Positions 13,715-26,870 of a stretch of 64,000 nt of DNA are shown here, one piece after another (position 1 is the first letter of the stretch; the number at the start of each line of letters is the position of its first letter). The translations under genes were made by a program, and so were the position numbers. The stretch comes from Octopus sinensis (lineage: Eukaryota). Under the pieces are notes generated by a model. The model saw only the letters and a program-made list of their open reading frames with translations, did not search any database and was not told the DNA's origin. Location of the stretch: NCBI RefSeq assembly GCF_006345805.1, contig NC_042997.1:123070001-123134000 (forward strand), written 5' to 3'.

Positions 13715-14357
13715 CCCCTGTTGGGGTAGGGCATCTTAATGTCAACCAGAGAAGTTGAATTGTTGAAAGTCTTTGAGTGACTTTGTAGAAGAATCACTCT
13801 TGTATTGCATCAGAGCTGCACGCTTTGCTTCAATAACTGTTTCCAGCTCTGAGAGCCCAGCACTTAACAAAATCTGGGTTTTGCCTTTATCTCATGCCGA
13901 AAGTATCTATTGATGTGGTATACAAAGATTCCCTGATATAATTCCACCTACGTTCAGCAGAGGAGGTTGGGCAGCTACTGAGAGCAACCTTGATAGAAAC
14001 AGCAAGACATTGTCGCAGTGTAGGGTCCTAGGTTCTGGCAGTGTTAATGCGTGGTCGGCTCATTTTCTTGGAGTGGTGGACATTTTTAGGCAGAATCCTC
14101 ACCCTGCTTCTTATTAGTTAATGATCTGTGTCACAATCCACGCTGTGGTAAGTACGGGTTAGTTGAACACAATTCAGAAAGGATCTTTGTGTAATGATGA
14201 GATCCAGCTGATGCCAGTGGTGAGATCTTGGATGTCTCCAAGATGCCTTGTAGGATGTCTTGTTGGCAAATAATGTGTTGGTGATGCACAGGTTATGGTA
14301 TGTGAAAAATTCAAGTAGTCTCTGATCATTGCCATTCATGTTGCCAATACCAAAACA
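13715..14357 (-). pseudogene. RTE-clade LINE fragment (APE endonuclease C-terminus)
   Basis: FGIGNMNGNDQRLLEFFTYHNLCITNTLF...SWRHPRSHHWHQLDLII...DCDTDH. Confidence 0.85.
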
Positions 14358-14428
14358 CATACACTTACAAATATACATACATACATACATATACGATTGG
14401 TTTGTTTCAGTTCCTGTCCACGAAATCA

Positions 14429-14465
<37 letters not shown>

Positions 14466-14539
14466 ATATATGTATACATATGTATGTATGTATACACACA
14501 AAGATAAATTGATAGATACAACTGAGTGGGCAAACAAAA

Positions 14540-14760
14540 ATATGAGAAATTGCATAGTACTTTTTTTATATTTTGATAAGCCTGGTACTTATTCTATCAG
14601 TTTCTTCTTGGGAAACCAAGTTATGGGGATGTAAATAAACGAACACCAGTTGTGAAGCAGTTATGAGGGAGAAACACAAAGACGCACACATAGACTTACA
14701 TATATTCATACATATTCATACAATTGATTTCTTTCAGTTTCTGTCTGCAAAATCCAATGG
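14540..14760 (-). mobile_element. SINE family A, degenerate 3' half
   Basis: aagcctggtacttattctatcag...gtaaataaac...ttctttcagtttctgtctgcaaaatcca. Confidence 0.7.
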
Positions 14761-15040
14761 GGGTGGGGTATATAAGTGTGTGTGTATATGTGTATGGGTA
14801 TATATATATATATGCATGTATATACGTATATATATGTGTGTACATATTACATGTACATCTATATATATATATCTAGACATACATGTTTACATATACATGT
14901 ATATCTATAGAAATACATCTATACATATACATGTATACATATACAGCTATACATATACATCTATATATATACATGTATATATATATATGTATGTATATAT
15001 ATATATATCTACATCCATATATATATATATATATCTACAT

Positions 15041-15088
<48 letters not shown>

Positions 15089-15310
15089 ATATACATACAA
15101 TAGAGAGATGCTTTTGTTTCACTTTATACGGAAATCGTGGAGAAGATGTGATATTGCTATGGGCCCGCCATAACCAAGAAGTTAAAAAGATTTTTGCCCA
15201 TTACACTACATGGACCCTAATAAGGCATGTGTAAAATTTTAATGAAATTGGTTGTGTAGTTCTCAAGTGTTAGGGATTCACACAGACATACAGACAGACA
15301 GACACACATT

Positions 15311-15388
<78 letters not shown>

Positions 15389-15501
15389 TAATAAAGATTT
15401 ACACATTTATCTAATATTATATGTGTGGATATATATTTATATATTTCTGTTTTCTGCAGGTAAGACCAGCAAAAAATATGCTCCATCTGCTGAGAGATAA
15501 A

Positions 15502-15655
15502 TATTCTTTTTTACTCTAGGCGCAGGGCCCGAAATTTTTAGATTAGATCAACCCCATTATGCTACTGGTACTTACTTTATCGCCTCCCCGCCACGAAATG
15601 AGGAAAGGCAAAGTCGACCTCGACGGGATTTGAACTCAGAACGAAATACCGCTAT
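15502..15655 (-). mobile_element. SINE family B-related, partial
   Basis: ctggtacttactttatcg...gaaaggcaaagtcgacctcgacgggatttgaactcagaacg. Confidence 0.75.
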
Positions 15656-15914
15656 TATATATATTGATCGAAGTTCAGTAACGTATATCCATTATGGCCG
15701 ATCTTACCAACTGGTTTGGCACTACAAGTTAAACAGGATGTTAGGAAACAGCGCACTTCAGACTAAGAAGAAAAATTGACATATTCTCTCTATTTTTGAG
15801 GTGAAAAGACAGATCTGGTTTGTTGTTGCTGTAAAATATTGACCACAAGTCGAAGTGAATAACGTCTAAGTTTAGATTTATGCCCCCTGCAAACATAGAG
15901 CCTGTACAACAGAT

Positions 15915-16224
15915 ATCTGTCTTCTACTATAGCCTCGGACCGACCAAAGCCTTGTGACTAAATTTGGTAGACGCAAACTGAAAGAAATCCGTTGCGTATA
16001 TATATATATATATCTGTGTCATTCTGTGTATGTTTATCCCTCCTTTGCCATCGCTTGACAGCCGATGGTGGTGTGCTTTTGTTACCGAAATTTAGCGGTT
16101 CGGCAAAACAGAACGATAGAGTAAGTACTAGGCTTACAAATAAGAAGTGCTTGGGTCGATTTGGTCGACCAAAGGTGGTGCTCCAGAATGGCCGCAGTGA
16201 AATGATAGAAACGAGTAAAAGAAT
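15915..16224 (+). mobile_element. SINE family A, 5'-truncated
   Basis: tcttctactatagcctcggaccgaccaaagccttgtg...gctccagaatggccgcagtgaaatgatagaaacgagtaaaaga. Confidence 0.85.
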
Positions 16225-16232
16225 ACATATAT

Positions 16233-16621
16233 GTACGTAACATATAGTATAATTATAAACAGGGCAAATGTTACGCATTTGTCCACAGACTGAAAAAACT
16301 ATGAACCTTAATCGATTTTCGAATCGTGTGGTGTTCTCATCAGAGGTGTTCACATCATTCTGACAGTATCCAGAAAAAAACTGTTTATATACTGTACAAA
16401 TGCAACAGTTACTCTATGAAGGAGTCCCTAATTTGCATACCAAATGAGCTTAACTCTCTATAAATAACAGCGACCTTCATCGGGGATCTTAGTTCACTCA
16501 GTATCAAGGTATGATATAATAAGTATGTAACATATAGTATAATTGTAAACTTTAGCAATTTCTGTACAGACCGAAAAAATGATGGACAAACCTAATCGAT
16601 TTTAGAACCTTGTTGGGTTCT

Positions 16622-16626
<5 letters not shown>
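16233..16626 (-). mobile_element. Penelope-like partial tandem terminal repeat (290-bp period)
   Basis: gtaacatatagtataatt at 16237 and 16527, each followed by an HHR-like motif. Confidence 0.75.
16305..16347 (-). ncRNA. Minimal hammerhead ribozyme motif, intact core
   Basis: ACCU CUGAUGA GAA-caccacacga-UUC GAAA AUCGAU UA AGGU; palindrome AAUCGAUU. Confidence 0.8.
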
Positions 16627-16677
<51 letters not shown>

Positions 16678-16863
16678 ATGTGTGTGTGTGTGTGTGCGTG
16701 TGTGTGTGTGTGTACAATTTAAAAATAGGATAAATCTTTATAAGAATTTATCAAGAAGTTAGCGTGTAAAAACCTCATCAGAGAAAAAAGAAACATCAAT
16801 TTTTCTCTTAAATACATTTATTTATATTATATAGAGGACAATACTATACATGAATGCCAAACG

Positions 16864-19404
16864 CCAGGATATATAAACATGCCCCCAGGACGATGCTCAT
16901 TTACTCGAAGCGATAAGATTCGTTTCAGCTTCTCATGACTGTTTGATATTAGGAGACTTTAACGCCCCCACGATCGATTGGCCCGCATCAATTTGTACAT
17001 CATCTTCCCGGTTCGGCCAGGCCCTTCTTGACGTGGCTGAAGATTGTTTTCTATCGCAACATGTCGAATATCCGACAAGTTTCTGTCTGGGCAGCAGACA
17101 TCTATGCTGGATCTGGTATTCTCCCGCTATCCAAGATCAGTGTCAGACGTATCTCTGTGCGCCCCTCTTGCCAAGAGTGATTATGCGGTCCTGAAGTTCG
17201 TCATGCACACCACATTTTCTACGCCCACGACTACTTCGCTGCCACGTAGAGTCTTCTCTTCAATTAATTTTGAAATTCTAACCGAGGCTTCCGCGCTTCT
17301 GGACTGGCGATCCCTGATGACGTTGTCCTCAGTTGACGAACTATGATCGTCCCTCAAAGCATATGTAATCTGGTTGACTGACCAAGCAGTTCCCGTTGGG
17401 CTTCCCAAGAAGAAGAAACACAAGCCTTTGGTGACAAAGAAGGTTAAACGAGAACTTCGACTCAGAGATATTGCTTGGGCTGAATTAAAAACTCTGGATT
17501 CGGCTGCAGCTTTTGAGGTGTACAAAACTCAACGAGACCGAGCCGTGAAAATTGAAAAGGTATAATGCTTCAGATATGAATACAGAATCGCGGCAAACGC
17601 CAGTAGCAATCCAAAAACCTTCTTTGCCCATGTCCAACGGAATTCTCGCTGGAACAACCAAATTACAACGTTGGTAGACTCAACAGGTGTATCGATTGAG
17701 GACCCTTATCAACAGAGTCAATTATTTGCCGATGCTTTTTCAACTATTTTCAAACAAGATGATGGTCGTGAACCCCCTCCATTTGATAGATCGGTACCTC
17801 CAATGCTTCGATTGGTCATCACGCGGGACGAAGTCGAACGCGTTATTCAAGGCTTCGATGTCAACAAGGGTCACGGCCCTGATTGCATACACCCACGGGT
17901 TATCAAAGCGTTGGCTACGGTCATCTGCGAGCCCTTAACACGTCTATTCAATATGTCATTGGCGACGGGTGTTATACCTGCGGACTGGAGAACAGCGATA
18001 ATCAGCCCAATTTTCAAGAAAGGGAGCCGCGAAGACCCGCTTAACTACCGACCGGTTTCCCTTACATCAATAATCAGCAAGATGTTCGAAACCATCCTTA
18101 AGAAAAGCATGATGCTCCGCCTCCAAAACACAGCCTCTATCTCTGATTCCCAACACGGCTTCGTGCCGAAGAGAACATGCTTGACCAACTTACTGGTAAT
18201 GGAAGAATTGGTGATGCGCATCCTCGATGATAGTGATGCTGGTGACATCGTTTTATTGGACTTTGCCAAAGCTTTTGACACGATAAACCACCACCTATTA
18301 CTTGTCAAGCTTCAAGCATATAGTTTCCATCCGGATATTGTACGATGGGTTGGTGCCTTCCTCTCAGATCGCTCCTTCCAAGTTCAAGTTAATGATTCGC
18401 GGTCCGACGTCTCCAGTGCGAGCAGTGACGTGCCTCAAGGTTAAGTGCTTTGGCCCTTATTTTTCTTAGTCTTCATAAATGACTTGCCCGACGACCTCAC
18501 GCAACACACCCTTCTATTTGCCGACGATGTCAAACTGGTCGCTCCTCGCGATGATATAGAGGATCTTTGTCGATGCCTCCACCAAATTTGGAGATGGTCT
18601 AACGAATGGGACCTGTGTCTGAACGTGTCAAAGTGCTGTCATCTGCCTGTTGGCTCTCGTCCTGCATCTCAACTTGATTTCGAGCCGGGTCGTCTGCTGC
18701 TGGATAGGACCGATCAGGTAAAGAACCTGGGTATCTTGGTGGATTCCTCCTTTTCGCCTTCGGCCTAGTGCGTCCATGCTGCCAACAAAGCACGCGGAGT
18801 TCCGTTCTTGATTCGACGGTCATTCGGAATGCTCACAGCAGCCATATTCCTACCGCTCTATGTCACGCTGGTGAGACCCATATTGGAGTACGGGATTCAA
18901 GCCTCTTCTCCTTATCTCCTCAAAGACATACAGCATCTCAAAAGAGTCCAGAAGCTGGTTACCCGCATGGTTCTTGGTCTCAAGAATTTGTCTTATGAAG
19001 AAAGGCTGAAGACGCTCGACCTTTATTCTCTAGAAAAACGACGACGCCGTGGTGATCTCATTCTTGCTCACAACGTCATAAGCGGAAAGTGTAACCTCTC
19101 GAAGGAGCTGTTCTTCACTCCTGCTCCAGAGCGTCGGCTGCGGGGTCATTCCGAAAAGCTCTATCTGCGACGATTTCATCTCAATCGAAGGAGAGGGGCT
19201 TTCTCCCTCAGGGTTGCGGATCCGTGGAATAAGCTGCCGGACGAGATGGTGAAGATGCCGACGACCGCTCGGTTCAAAGTCTCCCTTGATCACAAGTGGC
19301 CTGAACTCTTTGCATGAACACCACCCTGTACATAACTCCATGTCCCCCTACATGGCCTTGCTTTTTTGCTTTTTGAGCCAAAAAATTAACTAACTAACTA
19401 ACTA
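16864..19404 (+). mobile_element. 5'-truncated CR1-clade LINE with disabled ORF2 (APE + RT) and (TAAC)n tail
   Basis: ILGDFNAP (APE), GPDCIHP, NYRPVSLTS, QHGF, DFAKAFD, PQG*, LFADD, RPILEYG, SLEKRRRRGDLI, RGHS..., PWNKLP; stop at 19317; stops at 17344, 17563, 18442 and 18766 and a frameshift near 17085; 3' end aattaactaactaactaacta. Confidence 0.95.
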
Positions 19405-19508
19405 TATGTACATATATTATACATACATACACATATATATTTTCCACCGTATGTATATATATATACGTATATATATAGATAGATTCATACACATATTTAC
19501 ACACACAC

Positions 19509-19572
<64 letters not shown>

Positions 19573-19639
19573 CATATATATACATATATATTTCTTTTCC
19601 TCCGCATATATATACATATTTTCATATATATATATATAT

Positions 19640-19785
19640 CTTTTGTCTCCTGTTCTGAAGAAGAGCTTTGCTCGAAACGTAAAACCTCCTTTCTTTCCTT
19701 CCTTGAGTGTCTGCTAATAATGTACATGTACCGAGTCATCACGTTGTTGTTTTTTGTTGGCTATGTTCTTCGTTTTTTTATTTAC
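19640..19785 (+). mobile_element. Short PLE terminal fragment with HHR motif (19652-19685)
   Basis: guu CUGAAGA A GAGC UUU GCUC GAAA CG UA AAAC; related to 38121-38313 and 63390-63602. Confidence 0.75.
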
Positions 19786-21685
19786 TCTCTCTCTCTCTCT
19801 CTCTCTCTATCAATATACATATTTACACACACACACGCACACATGTATATACATGTGTGTGTGTTTGTCGGGAAGCATGAGTGTGTGTATATGCGTCACA
19901 CGTATGTCTATGTGTATATATATATATATATATGCGTGCTTGTTTGGTACGCATATATATGTATGCTTGTTAATATTATAAATATCGTTTACTTGATGTA
20001 CTCAGTTTTTTTCTCTTTCAGCTCAATGTTTTTTTTAGTGCCATTTGCTAAGACAACCACCATAATTTTACACATATAGTTTCATAGACACATACACACA
20101 TTATTGTATCAGCGTATCAATGTCTTTCTCTTCTGTGTACCTATTTATCTATCAATTTCTTTTTCCAAACTCATACATGTACGTGTATGCTGGTATTCTC
20201 TTACATGCAAACACATATACATACATATATATGTGCACGAGTATATTCATATAAACGTGTGTTTTTGTATGCAAACGCATATACATGTGTGTGTGGTTTG
20301 CCTGTTCTTACGTATGTAAGTCAGCTTATAGATCAAACTATACTTGAAAAGTACCCCACTTTTATATCACAAGTGCAGTCGCTGTATGATCCTTTAATGT
20401 TACAATGGATCATAATGAATTAATTTCCTTTGACAGATGATTTTAGTGAAGCTGACCATGAATCCAGTGTATAGTGAATGATCTCCCTATAACTATAAAA
20501 CTTTGCATGCACAGTGAAATATCAATCAATCAACAGCCGGACGTTTCATTATAGAACACTCTTAATTGATTGGCAGTGTCGGTAGAGCATCCAATAAAAC
20601 ATTTTGTGGCATGTATTTATGACTCTGCATGTGATTGGTTCACATCATGCTATTATCAATGCTGCCTTTCGTTATTCTTATATCTATTGCAAACATACTT
20701 TTTCAGGGTAAAGATTGATGTAATTGAAGCTAACCTCTAATAAATATCTGTCTTTGTGCGTAATTAAGAATAATTAGTAACTGTTCTCCGTTCGATTAGC
20801 ATCATTACAATGTTTTCAACTTCTATTCACCAATAAATTTTTTGCTTTTGTTGTGTCAGTGGTTTAGCACTTGCTCAGCATGACCAATCAGGTATTTGAA
20901 CCAAAACATTCCCTACTCTTTCCCTATATAGGTCGAAATTATCTTCTGTGTCCTTTTCTTATTTCAGATGGCAGGTTGTGATTTGAGAGATATTAAACTG
21001 TTACTTCTAGCATTTCCAGAGACCATAAACAGGCATGTGTTTTTTGCCTGACAATTAGATAATTCTATAATAATGTAAATTTTGTAGACGTAGTTTTTGT
21101 GCCGTGTGATAATAAACCAAATTTCTTGCATGTGCCAGTTACCAGACTGTAAGATTACAAAATATCAAAGGAAAAAAACAACCAAACTAAATATCGTTAC
21201 TAAATATGTACTAGGTACTAATCATTCAATATGTTAATGAATTGACAAAGATAGGAATAGCAATATTGCCAAGTATGAATTATTTAATTGAGGTTCAATA
21301 GAAATGACTATTCAGGTTTGAATTGAAACACAAATTTACTCATTAATACTGTATGTGAAGCAATTGAATATGGCAATATATTATGGATCAAAGAATTATT
21401 ATATCCGAAATATTCAACGATCGGATATAACTTGTTTACATATGAAAGCTTATTTAGTGAATATAATCATGTAACTATGCTGTATATACATATTTACCTA
21501 TTCAGAATAAACATCCAACGGTGTGTAGCAGAGAAAGCATTTCAACACATTAATCCTCATAGTCGTTATACCATTTGAGAATAAGTTGTTAAATCCTCTG
21601 TAAATCTAATTAATGAAGAGTTAAATATAATAACAATAAGCATTTAAGCATTATTTAGGAAAACAAATTTGTAATGTTGTATAGG

Positions 21686-21730
<45 letters not shown>

Positions 21731-21762
21731 GCACACATACACACACAGACACACAGACACAG

Positions 21763-21822
<60 letters not shown>

Positions 21823-23236
21823 CTCTAATAGAAATAGAGCCTCCTCTAATATGTGACACTTGGTGAAGGACGGGTAATTCGAAGCTAGCAGCGTACGTGC
21901 ATTTTGTTCTCTTATATGTAAGCACACATTTTACTATATACATATGTGTGCGTGCGTGTGTGTGTCTGTGTGTGTGTGTGTGTGTGTGTATCAGCCAGTA
22001 AAGCATAAAACTAATAAAGCTGTTGATGACTTACAAATGTGATTTATAATGTTGGAACATCAGAAAATGAATGAACACATCAATATGACACTTTAAATTA
22101 AGATTTTAGTGTCGCATGCGATGTTAGTTATTTTACAGATTTTATTTAAATGAAAGTCATTCAATCTCAAAAATTGCTTATTTCTGGAATAAATTTGTTT
22201 GAATTGTATATTATGAGCTATAAATAATAATAATAATATATAATAACATCCGTCAATCTCTCTTCTCCCACTCGTACACAAGCAGCCAGAGGGACACACA
22301 CACACACAGAGACACGTATACGTTTGTCTGCGTTTGCATCACGTATACACGTGTGTGTATATGTGTGCGTGAGTGTGCCTCTGTGTGTGTGTGTGTGTGT
22401 GGTGTCAGTGATTAGGCATAATAGGGTTAACATACTTTGCAAGCAAAATCGGTTCAGTGAATATAACTTAGAATTTATTACTTACTCAAATATTCTGAAA
22501 TGTTTAAATGAGAGAATTATGCATATTGCCTTTAAATGCAGCTTTCTTAGTGAGCCGTTCTCTGCACATTTTGCTTTGTGAGACAATAAACATTTAGAAC
22601 ATAAGAAGGATACATTATCAGCATTCTCATTAACAGCTTGAGTAAAATTCATTTTGCATTTTCTATTCTACAAATCTAATTCTAAACTTTTAAATGTTTC
22701 TTCGTTTGTTCAGTCTACTGTATAACTTTAATATTTCTGTTTGATGTATAAATTACGGCATTTGCCCTTCACTGCAATAAATCATCATATTTATCAAGAG
22801 AATTCAATTGACAGTCAATGTTCATTGTCATGTGATAACCTAAGTAATTGCGAACGATAGAGAGAGATGAGGCACACGGTTTTGATACACTAATAGTATC
22901 ATAGCTGTTAAAAGGAAATAACCGCACAGTTCGGCAAAATAAGGATACGCACATGTAGACACACATGTCTGTTTGTGTTTGTGCGTGTGTGTGTGTATGT
23001 GTGTGCGTATGTGTGTGTGTATTTCTGTGTGTGTCTTGTGTGTGTGTCTGTATAAGTATATGTTTTATACGAACACCCACATATATATATATATATGATG
23101 TTGCGTGCATATGTTGTGTATCATAACATATGCGTTCTTGGTAGAGTTTCTGTTGTTTGTTATGACAAATAGAACTTTAACCCTGCATAATTTTTCACCG
23201 AATCTTTGTTCTCTCTCCTCCTCTCTCCACCCACAC

Positions 23237-23269
<33 letters not shown>

Positions 23270-23303
23270 TGTATGTATGTATGTATGTATGTATGTATGT
23301 ATG

Positions 23304-23334
<31 letters not shown>

Positions 23335-23559
23335 GTATGTATGTATGCATGTATGCATTAATATATGTTTTATGTTGAATTATATACCTTTACTATTCGT
23401 GTAATTCGTAAACAATTTTCCATCAAAATTCAAAAATACTTGGTGGTATATATTACCATTTTTCTTAAAATATCTTCCAGTTGTAAACGGAATGAGTTTA
23501 AATTTAGAAATTTCGTAGTTTGTACTGCTATTATACTGTATAAGCTGTATTGAGACCTA

Positions 23560-23601
<42 letters not shown>

Positions 23602-23633
23602 ATGTACATATTTATATACATATATATATATAC

Positions 23634-23665
<32 letters not shown>

Positions 23666-23844
23666 ATAGAGTTGATATATACATAAAAACAAAAGAGGGA
23701 GGCAGGTGTATAAACAAAAGCAGGTGTATTAATTTGATGTTTGGGAAAGTACTTAGCGTTTCGTGCTAACAGCAGAAAGGAATGCGAGGAAATAAACAGA
23801 GAGAGGATAACAAAAAACATTTGGAGTTAGCGGTCAACCATGGG

Positions 23845-23879
<35 letters not shown>

Positions 23880-24546
23880 TATAATATTTGGAGAGAGAAA
23901 GAATGAGTGAGGGAGAAAGAGAGAGGAAAGGAGAAAGCTAAAGAGAAAGAAGGAGAGAAGCGAGGGACCAATTGTGCGGATAGACAAGTTACATATAAAA
24001 GATTTACCCTCATATTTGCGCACCTGGGTTTCTCGTCTAGCCTCTCTATACTCCGCAGAATTGGTCCTTCGTAAAAACATAGGTTTCTACTTTCGAAACG
24101 TTTGAGTGCAACTGAAGTACCAATGTCTCTTGATCTCATTTGTTGACTATACATATATATATATATATGTTATACATACACGCACACATATGTATGCGCG
24201 AGTGCGCGTGTGTGTAAGAGAAAGCCATAAATGACAAATATTACATATTTTCTTTTTTTGTGTGTTTTTTTTACTTAAAACTGTTTCTAATATGCAATAC
24301 ACGTGTGTTCATGGTTCTGTTTACGGACTGTTACTCACTCTGTGAAAATGATCGGTGTAATCGACTGGTGATGGACTTACACTTCGTTTCGCATTTTGTC
24401 TTGGGGCCATACCAATCTGAAAACATTTTTTTAGTCCGATGTATTTGTATTAACACAGGCATTAAGAAGTATTTTGCCTGGATTGATAATTCCTCTATTG
24501 CTAACTCTTTATATGTATACATATACATACATACATAAATACATAA

Positions 24547-24645
<99 letters not shown>

Positions 24646-24659
24646 ACATATATATACAT

Positions 24660-24822
24660 ATTAGAGGGAAACCACTGTGTGGACACTCTTATGCTAGAAA
24701 TAGATCCACTATGGTCTTAGAACTAGGAAATATTCTCAAGAAAAAATTTAATTTTTCTTGAGAACATTTCTTAGTGGTAAGACCATAGCATTAGGGTGTC
24801 TACATAGTGGTTTCACTCTAAT
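24660..24822. repeat. Imperfect palindrome next to (TA)n
   Basis: attagagggaaaccactgtgtggacac...ttctcaagaaaaa|tttttcttgagaa...gtgtctacatagtggtttcactctaat; the left arm has a ~15-nt extra segment. Confidence 0.85.
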
Positions 24823-25199
24823 CTTTATAGATAAAAGTCAGGTTGTGTGCTGTCTGTCTCCTACAATTTAGATTCCTAACTACTCCTACATTTTGCGGTG
24901 CAGTTTAACCAAAATCGGGTATCTTATAGTCGTGATTCATATCGAGCCCTTCTGGGTATTAGCGCGCGTCTATGATGAGTGTACGATTTTAAAAATAATT
25001 TACCATCAAGTTTTCCAATTTTTAATGCATTTTTTGCATCTCTAAAAATTTATTATTAAATCTCAGAACGTAAAAAGCTACAGTAACACCTCCCTTTGTG
25101 GTTAGCCATATTGAGATGGTTATTATACTTTACATCTCTAAAAATGCTTATATAGTTATTTCCCTTACAAACCCGAGCAACGCCGGGCGATACTGCTAG
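24822..25199 (+). mobile_element. Complete non-autonomous Helitron
   Basis: A|TCtttatagataaaag ... cccgagcaacgccggg hairpin ... CTAG|T: 5' TC, 3' CTAG, AT target, no TSD. Confidence 0.85.
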
Positions 25200-26001
25200 T
25201 ATGTAAATAATACAATGTTACTGAACTTTCAGTTTTTTTACATGCTAGAAGATATTAATTACATTAGCATCTAATTTCTCACCCTCATTTTAAATTTATA
25301 TATATATATATATACACATATATATATTATACATAAATTTTATACATATATATATATATATATATATAGATATATATATATAGATATATATATATATAAT
25401 ATATTATATATATATATATTTCATATATATACTTTTATGGATATGCTCGTGTTACTCTATTGGCATCTCGTTATTCATCATATATCTTTTTATATAATGA
25501 ATATACCCAGACAACTAGTTTAATGTCAATACTGTGATGTTTTGAGACATTTTACTGAAGTATAAAATATCGACACAACATCTCGACTCTCTTGTGTATA
25601 ACATTGTCTATTTGGTTATATGTTTTAGGTAATTCAAACGGTTGTTTTCTTGACAAGCATTATTAGTTTCTCTTAGTGAAAGTACACATATGAAATTCAG
25701 ATATGTCTATGAATACCTTTTACATATAGACATAAAACAATAATTTATATTTTCGTTAAATTGTGCTGATATCAATTATTTTTAAATAGGGATATAGGCC
25801 TCAGAGATGACAAAATATGTGATTGGTTTATATCATAACACGTCTGTTGATATAAAGTCAAAATCTACCACAGGTTAATACGATTTTGATACCGAGGAAT
25901 CTGGGAATATCTAACATATTAGCGATATACGCCGGAAATAAGACTTTTACATCATAAAATCAATAGCGTACATTACATAATGTATTATATTATCTAGTAT
26001 A

Positions 26002-26160
26002 AGGCGGGAAGCTGGCAGAGTTGTTAGCATGTTGAGTGGTATTTCGTCCGTCCTTATGTTCTGTGTTCAGTTACTGCCGAGGCTGACTTTACCTGTCATC
26101 GTTTTGCCGTCGATGAAATAAGTACCAGTTGACCCCTGGGGTCGATAAAACTGCCTTGCT
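26002..26160 (+). mobile_element. SINE family B, degenerate
   Basis: aggcgggaagctggcagagttgttagc...gtcgatgaaataagtaccagttg...tggggtcgat. Confidence 0.75.
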
Positions 26161-26623
26161 CCCGTACCAAGATTTCGACGCTATTTTTTTGTGTGCTTAA
26201 AACAGAAAGGAATATATGATACAGTATATTCACGATTGAAAAACGTTTGATCATAAACTTCTTCTGGGCGGACAGTCTAATTACGAACAACGACATCAAT
26301 TTCGTCAGTAATTGTGAGTTGGTGGTTTCTTGTAATTAATGGTACTTCTCTAAAATTTAGTTATAAAAGAATGATTTCAATGGCGGTTGAAACACCTAGC
26401 GAATGAATAATATATAGCAAAGCGTGTTACAACATACACCTATATAATGTAGTGTAAGATATGTGTATTATCAAACGGTATTCCCTAAACATTTGTATCT
26501 TAAATCACATAAAACTGCCTCTCTCCTCATTCTTCGTCTGTCTCTGTCTGCCTCTCACTCTCTCTTAATATGCACGTATGACCATGCATCTCGGCATTTG
26601 TGTTTGTCTACGCATTTCTATGC

Positions 26624-26716
<93 letters not shown>

Positions 26717-26813
26717 ACTTCTATAAATTTATGCATGTAAGTTTATATTTTATGCATACACACATATATATGTACGTATATTTTTAAAAATACATATAAC
26801 TATATATATGTAT

Positions 26814-26870
<57 letters not shown>

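Larger units (their letters stand above)
13450..15325 (-). mobile_element. Non-autonomous Helitron-type element interrupted by nested insertions
   Basis: 3' end CTAG at 13450-13453 with subterminal GC hairpin (cccggcgttgcccg); 5' region near 15100-15325 reads (TA)n-aactgagaatgtgtgtctgtctg...ccaatttcattaaaattttacac on the minus strand; the 5' TC is lost in the TA tract. Confidence 0.65.
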
